The notes beneath the pieces are model-generated. The model searched no databases, was not told the DNA's origin, and saw only the letters and a list, made by a program, of their open reading frames with translations. Positions 11,201-23,428 of a stretch of DNA of 64,000 nt are shown here, piece after piece; within the stretch, counting starts at the first letter, position 1, and each line of letters starts with the position of its first letter. Source of the DNA: Moniliella sp. 'wahieum' (Eukaryota); assembly GCA_003971905.1 (NCBI GenBank), contig RSEE01000031.1:496001-560000 (forward strand). The letters are read 5' to 3'. A program made the translations under genes and the position numbers.

Positions 11201-13207
11201 CCAAAATACCGTTATACAGCCATTATAAGGGTTCCAAGGGGCCAAGGGGCTCAAGGGGGGGAGGGGGGAGTAGAGTACGAACAATCTTAGCCAGCTCATG
11301 CGCCACCTCCATCACTGCTTGGTCCAACGCGGGGCTCATAGCTAAAACGGGGATGGAAGCGCTAAGGCCGCCCTGACCAACATCCTTGGATCCCGAGAGG
11401 GTCGCGGAGGCACTCCGTGCGCGTCGTGCGGGCCATGGGGAAGAATACTACAGTCGGACAAGACCTTATCCAGTCGAGCGAAAGCAGTTGATGCAGCCGC
11501 AAGATGGCCTCGGCGTTGCGCGTAACTGACTTGACTTTCCATCGTTGCTCGGCAACTTGATGTTCGGCCAGTACTTGGGCAGGCGTCTTGTCCTGCCTCC
11601 CCGTGCGTCGCCAACGACATTTCATCCACCGACGAAGGAGGGGCAAAGTACGCTGAGCGGGCAAGTTTTCGAAAAAGATCAAGACGAGAATACCCAGATC
11701 GTCAGCGTATTTGCGCTCGGTATCAGCCAGCTCGGTGAGGGCAGCGTAGAGTTTCATTCGCTTGGCCACAAGCGCCTTGCTGGGCGGCTTGGGTGGCTCC
11801 GGCGACGTCTCTGGCCCCGTGGAAAGCGGGACGAGGCGGGGCAGCTTGGACGAAGACGAAGCATGGGGAGACTCGGCTGCCGGGAGTGCGCCTTGGTCGG
11901 TTGGGGCTCGGGAGGAAGCGATTGGGACCCAAGGCGCGGCGAATCGGCATGGTTCGTGTGGGACAACCGCATCCATATGGGGTCCGATGCGGGCAAGCGG
12001 GAATGGGATTGCTCGGGTTTCTCCGCCCCGGAACGTCCGGGCGTAGTCGATCCTAGGGGAGGGGTAGGCGCAGGTGAAGAAGCTTGGTCGGAAACGGGGG
12101 TAGCCTCGAAAAACGATTGGCCCGACTCGAGGGCAGGGAGGCCAGACGCGGCAGGTAAGCGTAACTGTTCGCTTGCCGTGGCCGGGCGAGGTGAGAGACG
12201 AAGAGGAGGTGAATGAGATGGAGATGGTTGGCGAGGCGAGGGGGGTCTGCTTGTGCTGCATGCGAGGCTGGTGAGAGGGATGGGGTCATCCTTATACTCT
12301 TTTCGCCGCCAATGGCCAAGAAAGGTCGTGCGAGAGCAGAGGGAACCGGATCGGCCCGAGCGGACGGTTAACACGAGAGGAAGCGGAGGACGAGTCGGCG
12401 CTGGCGGTGCGAGGGCCGGGCCCAGAAGGGCGAAGGGACGCCGGGGGGCCCAGGCCCAGGCCAAGACCCTGACCCTGAGAGGTGGGGCGGAGATGGTCAG
12501 AGCCGGCGGTGGTATGCAGGTGCGCGGGCAGCTTGGTGAGGGGTTCTGACGACTGGGACGATGGTAGAGGCGAAGGCTGGAGGAGGCAAGGATCAGTACC
12601 ACTCTGGTTTGGCCCGAGCAGGGTTGGGAAGGGCCTCCCTCACTGGGGACCCACGGGAGGGAGAGATGTGTTTACATACCGTTCGGGAGCGAGAGACGAT
12701 GTGAGCAAAGGACGACGTGGCGAGGCTGGGAGGTGGATGTGGCTCGGGCGAGAGGGAGGGTGAGGGCGGAGGGCGGGCTGATGATCGGAGGGGGAAGGAC
12801 GCCCCGGTCGGAGGAGAGAGGCTGGTGGGCATCAGAAGAAGGGGCAGGGGGGGCAGGGGAGGGACAGGGGCGGATGCGGATGCGGATGCGGGAGCGAAGG
12901 GGAGGGCATTGAGGGGCAAGCTTTTGGTACGGCGGGTAGCCCCTAGGTCGGAGGGGATGTGGTCCGAGGGGGAGAGTCGGGGTCGTTGGGTGAGGAGAAG
13001 GAGGAGGGCTGGTCGGAGGCGGTGCCTGGGACGAGAGACGGGGGTGGATGGAGGCGCGGCGGGGGTCGGGGTGGGGAGCGGCTTGCGAGGCGGCTGGGAG
13101 GTCTGGTGAGGAGTCGGGCGCAGGCGGGCCGAGTGTGGCAGGGGCGGTGCGGGGGGTGGGGGTGCCGGGGTGCCAGGGGTAAGGGCGGGGGGGTGGTGGA
13201 GGAGCAT
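8231..13207 (-). CDS. Dbl-family Rho guanine nucleotide exchange factor (DH-PH) with long low-complexity arms
   Basis: Frameshifted blocks: YAALTELADTERKYADDLGILV; NAEAILRLHQLL; IYKHYCSRHAEALELI; LRFHDFFVKPVQRIMLYRLML; PH-like GPVVMAGPLQVFYH...KYLALVLYHDLIVLAKV; start and end approximate. Confidence 0.85.
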
Positions 13208-13566
13208 GTCGCGAGTGGTGCGAGGGGGGAGGGGGGGCAGGTGCCAGGCGACGGCTGGCGGGGCGGAGGCTGGGGTGGAGCAGAGGGGGCGGCGGGTGGG
13301 AGGCGGAGCGCGAGGGCGGGGTGGGCGGGAGGGCGAGGGGCGGCGGAGGAGGCGGGTGGTGCGGGCAAAGCTGAAGCCGAGGCCGAGGCCGAGGCTAAGG
13401 GAGCCGGAGCCAGAGTGGGAGCGGGAGTGGGAGTGGGCGGAGGCTGGTGGCGGGGACGCGGGTGGAGACGGCTGCGGCTGCGTTTGCGATGGCGGGGCGG
13501 CGGCGGCGGAGCGGGCATAGTGCATGCAGCCGGCATGCCAGGGCATCCGTCGGAGGAGGAGCAGGC

Positions 13567-13678
13567 GCAAGCAACAAGCAGTAGGCGACAAGCAAGCAGC
13601 AAGCAGCAAGCAACAAGCTAAAGCAAGCAACAAGCTACAAGCAAGCTACAAGCAAGCTACAAGCAAGCTACAAGCAAG
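13567..13678 (+). repeat. Degenerate CAAG-based tandem repeat ending in about four copies of an 11-bp unit (CAAGCTACAAG)
   Basis: caagctacaagcaagctacaagcaagctacaagcaagctacaagcaag at about 13631-13678, preceded by gcaagcagcaagcaacaag variants. Confidence 0.8.
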
Positions 13679-14565
13679 GGGGTTCCGATGGAGCAGCCTG
13701 CTTAGCTGCGCGCCACGCCAGCCAGAGAGCGCTGCTGCGCCGTGGCAAGCAGGCAGCACGCAGCACGCAGGCCACACGCTCGCAGCACGCCGCCGACAGC
13801 TGACACTTCGTCTTGAGTGCATGCAGCATGTCGCATGTCACATGTCACGGGCAGCCGCCTGCGACTGCGCTGGCTGGGCGGCGCCTGCGATGTGCGGCCG
13901 GCGGAGTAGCGGCCACGCACTGGCGCAGCCACGCGCCGCCCCACCGCCCGTCGCGGCGAGGGCGGCATGGCGCCTGTGTGCGCTGTCTGGCGCGGGCAGG
14001 CTGGGCGCTGCTTGGCCTGGCCAGTGCCTGACGTCTGAGTCTGAGGTCTGAGGCCTGACGCGTGCCTGGCCACCCACCGACCCACCGGCCGCCCACCCGT
14101 GTGTGACGAGTGTGACGCGTCACTGGTCATGCGCACCCGCCCGCACGGCGCCGGTGTGGGTGGGGCGGGGCGGGCGGCGGGATGGGGCCGAGGGACGCGT
14201 CCCGGGTCGCATGCCACGAGTCGTGCCACAGCTCCGCGGCCAACGTTCAAGTGGGGGCTGGTGCACGGGGCGAGTGTGCGCCACTGCGGGCCAGGCACGC
14301 GGGCGTGCGGTGGCCAGCGGCGAGTGGCCCAAGCAGAAGCAGGCAAATGTGTTGTGCGTTGGGGCGCCGCGGCCGACGCATGGGTTAGGTCAGCGCTGCA
14401 CGTGATGCCTGATGCGCAGGCGGAGGGGGGGCGGAACGAGGCGGAACAGAGGCGCAGGCGCGGCGGGGGCAGGGTGCAGGCAGGGAGGCAGTGGCGGGCG
14501 GGAGCAGCGCGGCGCTGCGGATTGAATAGTGACTGAGTGGGGCGCCGCCCCGCCAGTCTGTGGGC

Positions 14566-16050
14566 ATGGCTGCGCAGGAGCACGCTGCCTCGCCTGCCTC
14601 TTCTCCCCCGCCCGCACCACCCCAGTCCCCGCGCCCCCCAGCACCCCTCCTGCCCCCGCACCGCCCCCGCGCCCACTCCGTCGATATAATCCAAGCCATG
14701 GACCAGGCCACTGCTGCTGCCCACGCCCACGCCCAAGCCCAAGCCCAAGCTCAAGCCCAGCTCAAGCCCAAGCCCAAGCCAAGCCCAAGCCCAAGCCCAG
14801 GGCTACACGCTCAACTACGATGGCCAGACGGGCGGGTACAGCTACGCGGCATGCCGCCCAACTACCAGCACATGTACTACCCGGGCTATGGCAACAACTT
14901 CAACATGGTCAACCCGGGCATCATGACCGCTGGTGCTGGTGGGTGCAGCTGCCGCGCCGCTGGCGGCGCGGCTTCCGGCTCGCCCAAGCCCAAGCGGCCG
15001 CGCGGCCGCCGCGGCGCAACATTACTTCCCCTATGGCCATCCGCCTTACTTTGCTGCGGGCATGGTCCCCCCCGTGGGAGGGTACGACCAAGCGGCCGCG
15101 AGCTGCTGCCACAGCGGCGGCCCAGCTGCGGCCAGGCCAAACGGCCCCAGAGCGCCAAGGAAGTGGCTGAAGCCGAGCGCAAGTTTAAGAAAAAGGAGTT
15201 GCCCTTGCTCAAAAAGATGGCTCGGCCCATGTGCGCCCGCCAAAGCAGGCTCCGTCGGCATGGCAGATTTACTTCAACGAGTACATTGCCCAGTTGCGCA
15301 GTAAGAACCCGACGGAACGGTTGAACGTGTCGCATGTCGCGCGCAGTGCCGGGGAACAGTACATGCCTGCCCGAGGCGGAGCGGAGGCGGTACTATGAAG
15401 AATCGCTGCGGCGCAAAGCGCAGTGGGAAGAGGATGTCAAAGCGTGGCATGCCAGTCAGTCCTAGCGACATCAAGTTGGAAAATGCCTATCGGACGCAAC
15501 AGCGCAAGTCGGGCAAGAGCCGCAAGTCCAACCTCAAAGACCCGCATGCGCCCAAAAAGCCCCTGTCGGCCTACTTTTTGTTCCTGCGCTCCATTCGCGC
15601 CTCGCCCGAAATGACCAAGGAAATCTTTGATGCCGAAGCCGAGACGACCAAGCAAAGCGTCTTGGCTGCTACCAAGTGGCGCGAGCTGGCCGAGGAGCGC
15701 AAACAACCCTACCTTTAAAGCAGAACAGACAAGGTGCGCTACGAAGAGGCACGCAAAGTGTACGATTCCCTCACCGCCGTCGCTGGTGTCGATGCGGTGC
15801 AGGCGGCCCACCAAGCTCAGCAGGCAGGCAAGGAAGCTGCGCGCAAATTCGCCCAGGCCAATGACCAAATCCAGGCCATTGTCGCAGAACAGCGCGTTCC
15901 CCCGCCCTGACGTTTGATGTGGACGAGGAAGACGTACAGGCGGCACGATTGGCTGCCTCACACAAAGACCATGGCCGTCATGGACGCAAACTCGCCAGCA
16001 CCAAGCTTCAGGAACTGTTGAATGAGCCCGAGGCGAGCGACAGCAAGTGA
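14566..16050 (+). CDS. Two-HMG-box protein (Ixr1/exp1-like architecture) with Ala/Gln-rich N-terminus
   Basis: Box 1 across frameshifts: PKQAPSAWQIYFNEY...LNVSHVAR; linker DIKLENAYRTQQRKSGKSRKSNLKDPHAPKKPLSAYFLFL; box 2 QSVLAATKWRELAEERKQPYL; (AQ)n tract near 14720-14790. Confidence 0.85.
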
Positions 16051-16741
16051 TCAAAACGTCCCGTCCCATCCCGCACCTACCTCCTCACATCCCCTCACCT
16101 CATCCCCTCGTCTTACCTTGCCTCACCTCTTGTTGATCGGTACTTAGCTTCACGACCTTCCTGCGCACGGCTCCCACTTTGGCTTTTGTCCCTTTTCCTT
16201 TCTGTCGTATGCCCTGGTGGGGGCAGCAACCCTTCCCTGTTGTTTGTACCGTATTTTGATCCCCGCTGGGCACGCTTGTTCCTGTCCCCCCCCCCCACCT
16301 CCGCCTTCAGCGCTGCGGCCTCGTTCCGTTCCACGGACGCCTCTCAGCGTGGTGAGGTAGGCCCTGAGGGTCTGAGGCTCAAGCCTGACTCTCTATCTCC
16401 AAGCTACCAGCATCGCCAGTCATCGCCACCTCGATGGACCCTAGTCAGTCCCCAATCCAATCGTACCTCCCATGTCACATGTGCCACATCGTCTTCAATT
16501 GCCACAGACACGAGACAGAGAACAAAAACCGAGAGTAAACCGGAAGCGAGGAAAGTAAGGACGGAAGAGAAAGCCTAAAGGGAAGAAAGTGCGATCAGGA
16601 ATCAGGGAGGGGAAACAAGAGTCTAGTTACAAGTTGGGGCATAGCCATCGCACCCCGTCTGCGATAGGGCGGCACCCCCAATGCTGCATTACCAAGGATG
16701 CAAGGTGGGAAACATGGGGCATACGCGCCAAGCAGATCGAC

Positions 16742-19700
16742 TTAGGCCTGAGCCAGGCGCTGCGCAATGCGCTGCCGCGCGTCAGGACCCAGTGCGCAGG
16801 CGGTCGAGCAAGTTCTGCTCGTCCAACGCTGCCGCCAAAGAGGCGAGGATAGCATGTGCCTGGGGCGACTCGAGCAAGTCGGCCACTTTTTCGTCCGAAG
16901 CGTCCTCGGGGAGGGAAGTGAGCAAGGCGCGTTGGACCATACGCAAGCTCGCTGCGGCCGAGAGCGAGGCATCGGCAGCTTGCAACTGACGTTGCATGCC
17001 CACCTCGGCCAAACGCCGGCGCAAGCGCTGGTAAAAGTAGCGCCGTGTCTCGGGCCAGGTCAGCACGGCCTCCGCCACCCCGACACTCACCATCCGCCGG
17101 CCTTGTCGTGCGCATCGGCATAGGCCACCGCAATCGAATTGAACACGGGCGCCAGCTCTTCCTCGCGTTGGGCCAGCTGGGTCTTGGTCGTTGGATCGCC
17201 CGCGTTGGCCGCGCGAAGCGCAGCGTACGTCTTGTCCAGGCGCTCCATCCAGGCGCGCTGTTGCGGCGCACGCACCTTGATCTCCACCATGCCTTCGGGC
17301 TCCAGCACGCCCCCGCGTGCCGTCACATCCGTCGACAGCTCCATCAGCCATCCTGGTTGATCTTGGAGTCAACCACAACAAACGCCCCGCCGCGCAGCTC
17401 GCCATTGGGGGCAATGTGGACAAACACCGGTTGGCGGTAGTTGGTCAGCCATCAACAATGTACGAGCCGTACTTGAGAACTTGGTCAAACATGTCCTGCT
17501 GTCCACCCGAGAAGCCACGCCAGTTGGCAAAGATGATCAAGGGCAGGCCCTCGCGGTTAAAGTCGGCGATCGCCTGCGCCGTCTTGTACGCGCTGTTGGG
17601 GTACCAGACTTGGCCCGCCTCCATGATGCGCTGTTCCTGCGAATTGGGTTGGCCGGATCGGCAGGCACGATGCGTTCCACGTACGTGTCTCCACCGCGAT
17701 CGCGCCCATCGGGATCCCGCCCAGCCGACCACGGCCCACCACCACCGACGTCGCCCAGCCGCCCAACGTCTCTTGCCACGAACCCTTGTCGAAGAAACCA
17801 GAGAGATAGGTGCCATCTTCCTCCGTCTTGCCCTCCAGCATCCAACGCGGGTCGTACGGCCCCTTGGGCGGGGTGTAAGTAATGGTGCGGTCCCACGTGT
17901 CGTCCTTGATGAACCGAGGCAAGGGCAAATTCTTCTGCGCAGGCACATAGCTCATCCACTTGAGCGCCTGCACCATCGCCTTCAAGTCATCTTTCGCCAC
18001 CAGGTGCGATACACCGTTGCGGTACATAACTGTTCATCCAGGTGGGTTAGTACTCCTTGCACAAAACAGGGAAAAAAAAACGTACTCTGTGGTCCACCGA
18101 GCTGGAGGTTCGACGTGTACACTTCACGACCCAGAAGCTTGTTGAGGGCTTGGTACCCGGTCAGGATGAGCGGCGATCCGTCCACCTGGATCACCCGGTC
18201 GCCCAAGCGGCCAGGTAGGCACCAATGCCCACCGAACGACCCGTGACAATCGTCGCGGTAAAGATCTCGTCGCGCGCACGACTCGTCTCGCCCGCAATCA
18301 AGCCCGAGCCCGACAGGCATTCCACGCCCAACCCGTTCTGGGAGAGACCAATAATGTCCGTGATCACATGGTGCACCGATCCGTCCTCCTGCAACCGGGG
18401 CTCGTCAAGACGCCCCGGAGCATCCTTCTCCACTGCCGGTACGCCGCCTCGTCGAGGTACAGGTACTCCCATCCCTTGGCCGGGTCCGCCTCGTTGGTCC
18501 ACTTGACGCTAAACGAGTTGAGAATTTCGGTCGCGACCCCAATCCGAGCGCCCGAATTGGCCGAGATGTACAGGCGAGGGATGCCACGCTCCCGGGCCAG
18601 CTGCGACGCAAGCGTAAACAGCTGGTCCTCCTTGGGACCAAACGAACCAGCTTGAAGCGTCACATCGTTGGCAATCAACACCATCTCCCGGCCCTCGGGG
18701 AACTGAGGCGTCAGCATCTCGATCCGCCATGCCACCATGCCAATCTTGTTCAGGCCAGGGCCCGTTCCACTTCCCGCAGTTCCCCGCCTCGTGAGCACCA
18801 GCTCATGGGCCACCTGCACCGGCTCCGAAGGACGGTTGGGACGGCCACTGCTCGCCCACTCGGTCCGCAGCGCTTGGCGCAGCACATCGATAAAGTCGTA
18901 CGCAAACGTTGTCTGCAAGCATGGGCGCGCGACCGACGACTCTGCAAGGCCACTTTGGCCGACTGGGGCGCAAAGACCGATTGGCCATGCCGGGGTGCTG
19001 GCGTACCGGGCTCATTGAGCGAGTTGAGCAAGCGGAACCGTCCGGGGTGTCGATTTCCGAGTAAAAGTCGTACTGGACGGAATAGGCACTCTGGTTGGTG
19101 ATAAACGCGCGGATCGGCACGTACTGGCCCTCGATCAGAATGGGGATGCGGACCTCGGTCGAGGTGATGCGAAGACGATGGAAGCGATCAGCATACTGCG
19201 CCACAAACGAGTTGATCGCCTTCTTGACATTCTCCAGTGTCACATCCATGTTGTAAATGAACGTGACAAAGATGTGCGACGAGTCGGCGTTGCGGTACTC
19301 GGGTTGGCCAATGGCCACTCGACCAAGTCCAGAATCTCATTGACCAAATGCGAGCTCTCGTGCGCCAAGTAGGACCCCAAGTCCCCTGGGTCCGCTAGGC
19401 CGAACAAGAGAACGGACAAAGAAACGGCAGTCGGACGGGTTGCTCTTCGCCCGCCCATAGAACAGATGGATCGTCGACGACGGGACGGGCACCCGAGCAA
19501 TTTCAAACTCCTGGGTGAGCCGCTCCAGCTCCAGCTGGTAAGCGAGCGCAGGCTCAATGTTGCGAATCTGCATCTCCTCCTCCCACGTGCCGTCAGACTG
19601 CAGACGGACCGTGGAGAAGTAAGGGTACTGGCCCTCGTGGCAGAGCAGATAGGTCACCCGCCCCACCTTGGCCCGGGCCAACTTGCCCCCAACTTCTGGT

Positions 19701-22700
19701 CGCCTGCACCACCGCCTCCCGTGCCGTGGCCTCATCAATCTCGTCGGCATGCGTGATCGCACATTAACCACATTAACGGGAGACGTTGCGGTACTCATCT
19801 TGAAAGACTGAATGCAGCGCTGCAGCGCCTCTCCAGACCCTGCAAGCTGTCGCAGCTCGTGATTGCTCCTTGCCGCGTCTGAGGCACAATCGAGCCGGGG
19901 GAGAGGGCTTGGAAATCCGAAGCCGACGCCGAACGCTGGAGAGAGCGCAGTTCGTTCTGGGACAGGATGCCGTCTTGAGGAAGCGTGAAGGACCAGGTGG
20001 CCAGACCGCGCTCATCAGCATCAATGTCACCATCTCATAGTCGATCGAAGTGATATTGTAAATTCGATAAGCACGGAGAATGTAGGTGGCCAAAGCAGCA
20101 TAGATGATGTGTTGCTCCGGGTGGTCAAAGAACGAGTGCAACACATCGTACACAGAGTAGGTCGAATCAGACACCTCACGCAAGACCGAAAGGACGGGGT
20201 CATGGAACTCCGCATAACCACCATACGAAGATGACATGACAGAAGCTTTGAGAATCGTCTCGAGCTGAAGCGAGCGGTCCTTGAGGGATGGCAAGCTGGC
20301 CTCGATTGACACTTCACGTGCCTTGAGCGAGACAGGAGCAGACTCTTTGGATTGCAAGCTGCAAAGCTCGGAAAGGACAGTGGTGAGCTGCTCGTTGGTT
20401 GCCTTGGACGTTGAGTGAGCACCCTTGATGTAGTTGGTCAAAAGAGAAATGACCAAGGCATTCTTGCGAATCGCTCCATTGTGAGAAAACTGCAACTCCA
20501 CCACCTTGTCCAGATCGTCCGAGTGCGCCTCACGCAACAAAAGAACCTTGTCTGCCTCACCAGCAAATAGCGACTCGACCTCGTAGTACTTGTGGAGGAA
20601 TCCCAGCAACACGTTCAGCTCGTACGTCTCGAGACCTTGGTAAAGTGGTCAAAACCTCAAGCAACGGGGCGAGAGTAGTAAGGATCTGGCCTGGATCGGC
20701 GCCTGGACTTGGTCTCGGACAAAGTTCTCGCTCAGTTTGCGCAGACGCAAGGCAGGGAATGCATGGTGACGCTGATGGGCCGTGTCAATGTTGTGGCGCA
20801 ACAGGTCCTGCAGTTTGCCGGGGATGCGGCCAGCCAGAGTGGAAAGAACGGCATTGGCTTGGCTGTACGGCAGCTCGGGGTTCCGCAACAGCGTGATCAT
20901 TTCAGGAATCGCCGAGTGGAGCAAGTACGACTCATCAAATCCATCGAGCACATGGTTGACCGTGTTGACCAAGTACTCAAGCCGCTGGTGGGGCTTGGCG
21001 CCAACAATGACAGGCACCATAGTCGGGGAGAACAGCTTCAAATGGCTTGGCATGCTGGACGCGGCTCGGATCGTCGAGAGAGAGAATGCCAATAATGTCA
21101 CCGGGGACAAGGAGACTCCGGGCTGTTTGAGGAATGTCACCAACCCATCCTCGGCAGCAGTAAGAGGCAAATACATCTTCATCACTTCAATCTCGGCGAT
21201 AGCTTGGCCAGTAACGACGTGGTCCCCACTTTCGACCAGGAAGCGAACCAGCTTTCCCGGTGAGGGACTGCGGATCTGCGTCGGATCGCTTTCCTGCTCG
21301 ATCAGGCAGGTCTTTCCATCAATCATAAGCGGGTCATGCCCACTTCCTCGCGCCAGTAAACGGGGTGGGACTTGCCCGCCAAGCCAACCAACAACCCGCC
21401 ATCGGACAAGGGACGGAGAGAGACACGGGTCCGACCACCATTAAGGTACAAAGTCCACTCTTGGGCCGACGACTGCATGGCAGTGAAATTGAACTTCTCA
21501 CCCTCATAGATAAAGTCAATCGCAAAGACCGTTTTGAGCGTCGCACGCGCGGGACTTGACCCTTGTTCAGGATCGTCTTGTACTCGTTGATAGATTCTTG
21601 CGACAAGAGGAAGGCCTAACCGCAGCGCCGGAAATGATAGCCAGCTATTAGGCGGCGCTCGGCGGTAAGCTTGTCGTGGATGAGGCCATCGAGCCAGCCG
21701 TGGTGATGGTGTTCTTCTCGAATGCATCCGTCTCGAGAAGTTTGATGAGGTACTCGACTGTGGTTCGGAAATCGCCGCGAATCGACAGCTCCTTGAGCGA
21801 AATGACCATCTGCTTGCGCGCCTCACTCCGGTCCGCACCATAGGCAAAGACGTGACCAAATGACTGTCGGCGTACTCATGCAGCGCACCATTCGAGGCGA
21901 CGGAAAAGTACCCCCATGTCGAGGTGCTGGAACGGAAATTGAGCTCAGTCAACGCACCCATGCCCGGCTTGAATCCAGTGTCGGGATTTTCTCTGTGTAT
22001 GCGGCAAGCGACAACGTGACCCTTGGGTTGCGGCTTCCGTTGGGTCGAGTAGCTGGCGGATCGTCGAAATCAAAGTCGATCAACTCTGAGCCCTTAGGAT
22101 TCATGCCATAAAGTGTGCGAATGTCATGGATACGATAAAGCGGAATGCCCATGGCCACTTGAAGCTGAGCAGCAGGAATGTTGACGCCCGAAACCATCTC
22201 AGTGGTGGGGTGCTCGACTTGCAGACGAGGGTTGAGCTCGAGGAAGGAAAAGTCGCCCGAGTCTGGAGAATAGAGCCACTCTACCGTGCCAGCAGAGACG
22301 TAGCCGACAAGCTTGGCGAGACGCACCGCTGCCTTCTCCATCTCCTCCCGGGCCTGATCGTTAGCGATGGTGACGGGAGCCTCCTCAATGATCTTCTGAT
22401 GCCGGCGCTGGACACTGCAGTCGCGCCAAACATGCTGATCGCGTTGCCATACTGGTCAGCCAAAAGCTGAACTTCTAGATGGCGAGCCTTGCCTGCCAGC
22501 TTCATGACAAAGACGGGGGATCCAGGTACTTCGCCGAGAACGGCCGTGTAGAGTTGAGTGAAGTCTTCGGCTTTGAGCACATGCGAATGCCCTTGCCTCC
22601 TCCACCCTCAGAAGCCTTGATCATGACAGGGTAGCCAATCTTATCGGAAGTTGCCATTCCCTCCTCGGCCGAATGAATGCAGCGCTCTCATACACATCGT

Positions 22701-23428
22701 CCGAAACAGTGAGGAAGCCAGCGTCGGACATGATCGTCTCCGTAATGCCAGAGCCAGACCAAGGCATACAAGGTACCTCGGCGTGCTGGGCCACAATGGT
22801 GGAGGAGATTTTGTCACCAAGAGCGCATGGCGGAGCCTGGCGGACCCATAAAGATAATCTTGCTCTCCGCCAGCTGCTCCGGCAACCTAGGATTCTCAGA
22901 GGCGTGGCCCCTGATCAACAGAGTGTCAGAAAGTGCAGTGGGGAGGAGGGAGAGAAGAAGCAGGAAGGATAGCAAACGTACCAGCCAGCCCACGGCATGC
23001 ACGCCTGCGCTCGGGCAATGTCGACGATGAGGTCGACGTTGGCATAGTTGTTGTTGTTGGACCCGCCGGGTACCTCCACGTATTGGTCGGCCATACGTAC
23101 TCTGCATTGACTGACAGGTCCTCCGGGGTGGCCATGACGACAAACTCGATTGCACGCTCTTGGCCAAAGGTCTCGTACGCCCATTTGCGGATGGAGCGGA
23201 TCTCCTTGACGGCAGCGATACCATTGTTGCAGATGAGTACGCGGGTGATGACGGAGTGGCCCTCGTGTTGCTTGACAAAGTCGGTCACAGCGGAGGGAGC
23301 AGCGGTTTCGACGGGGTTGCCGCCTGGGGTTGGGAGGGGGCAGAGAGGTTAGCTCAGGGGCAGGGAGAAGGAGGGGGCGAGTACGCACCGACAAAGTGGG
23401 GGACAGTGGCGACGTCGGCAGCGGGCAT
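16742..23428 (-). CDS. ACC1: Acetyl-CoA carboxylase (multi-exon, frameshifted in assembly)
   Basis: BC domain [55 protein letters not shown]; biotin-attachment EIEVMKM; CT domain [46 protein letters not shown] 23428, stop about 16742. Confidence 0.97.

Noticed and set aside
13567..13678. Tandem CAAG-type repeats as a CRISPR array or telomere
   Set aside because: No unique spacers, eukaryotic context, internal position and not TTAGGG-type; simple minisatellite
12593..14754. Many long overlapping ORFs in the GC-rich RhoGEF/HMG divergent region
   Set aside because: Ala/Arg/Pro/Gly-rich shadow frames expected from high GC; no domain signal
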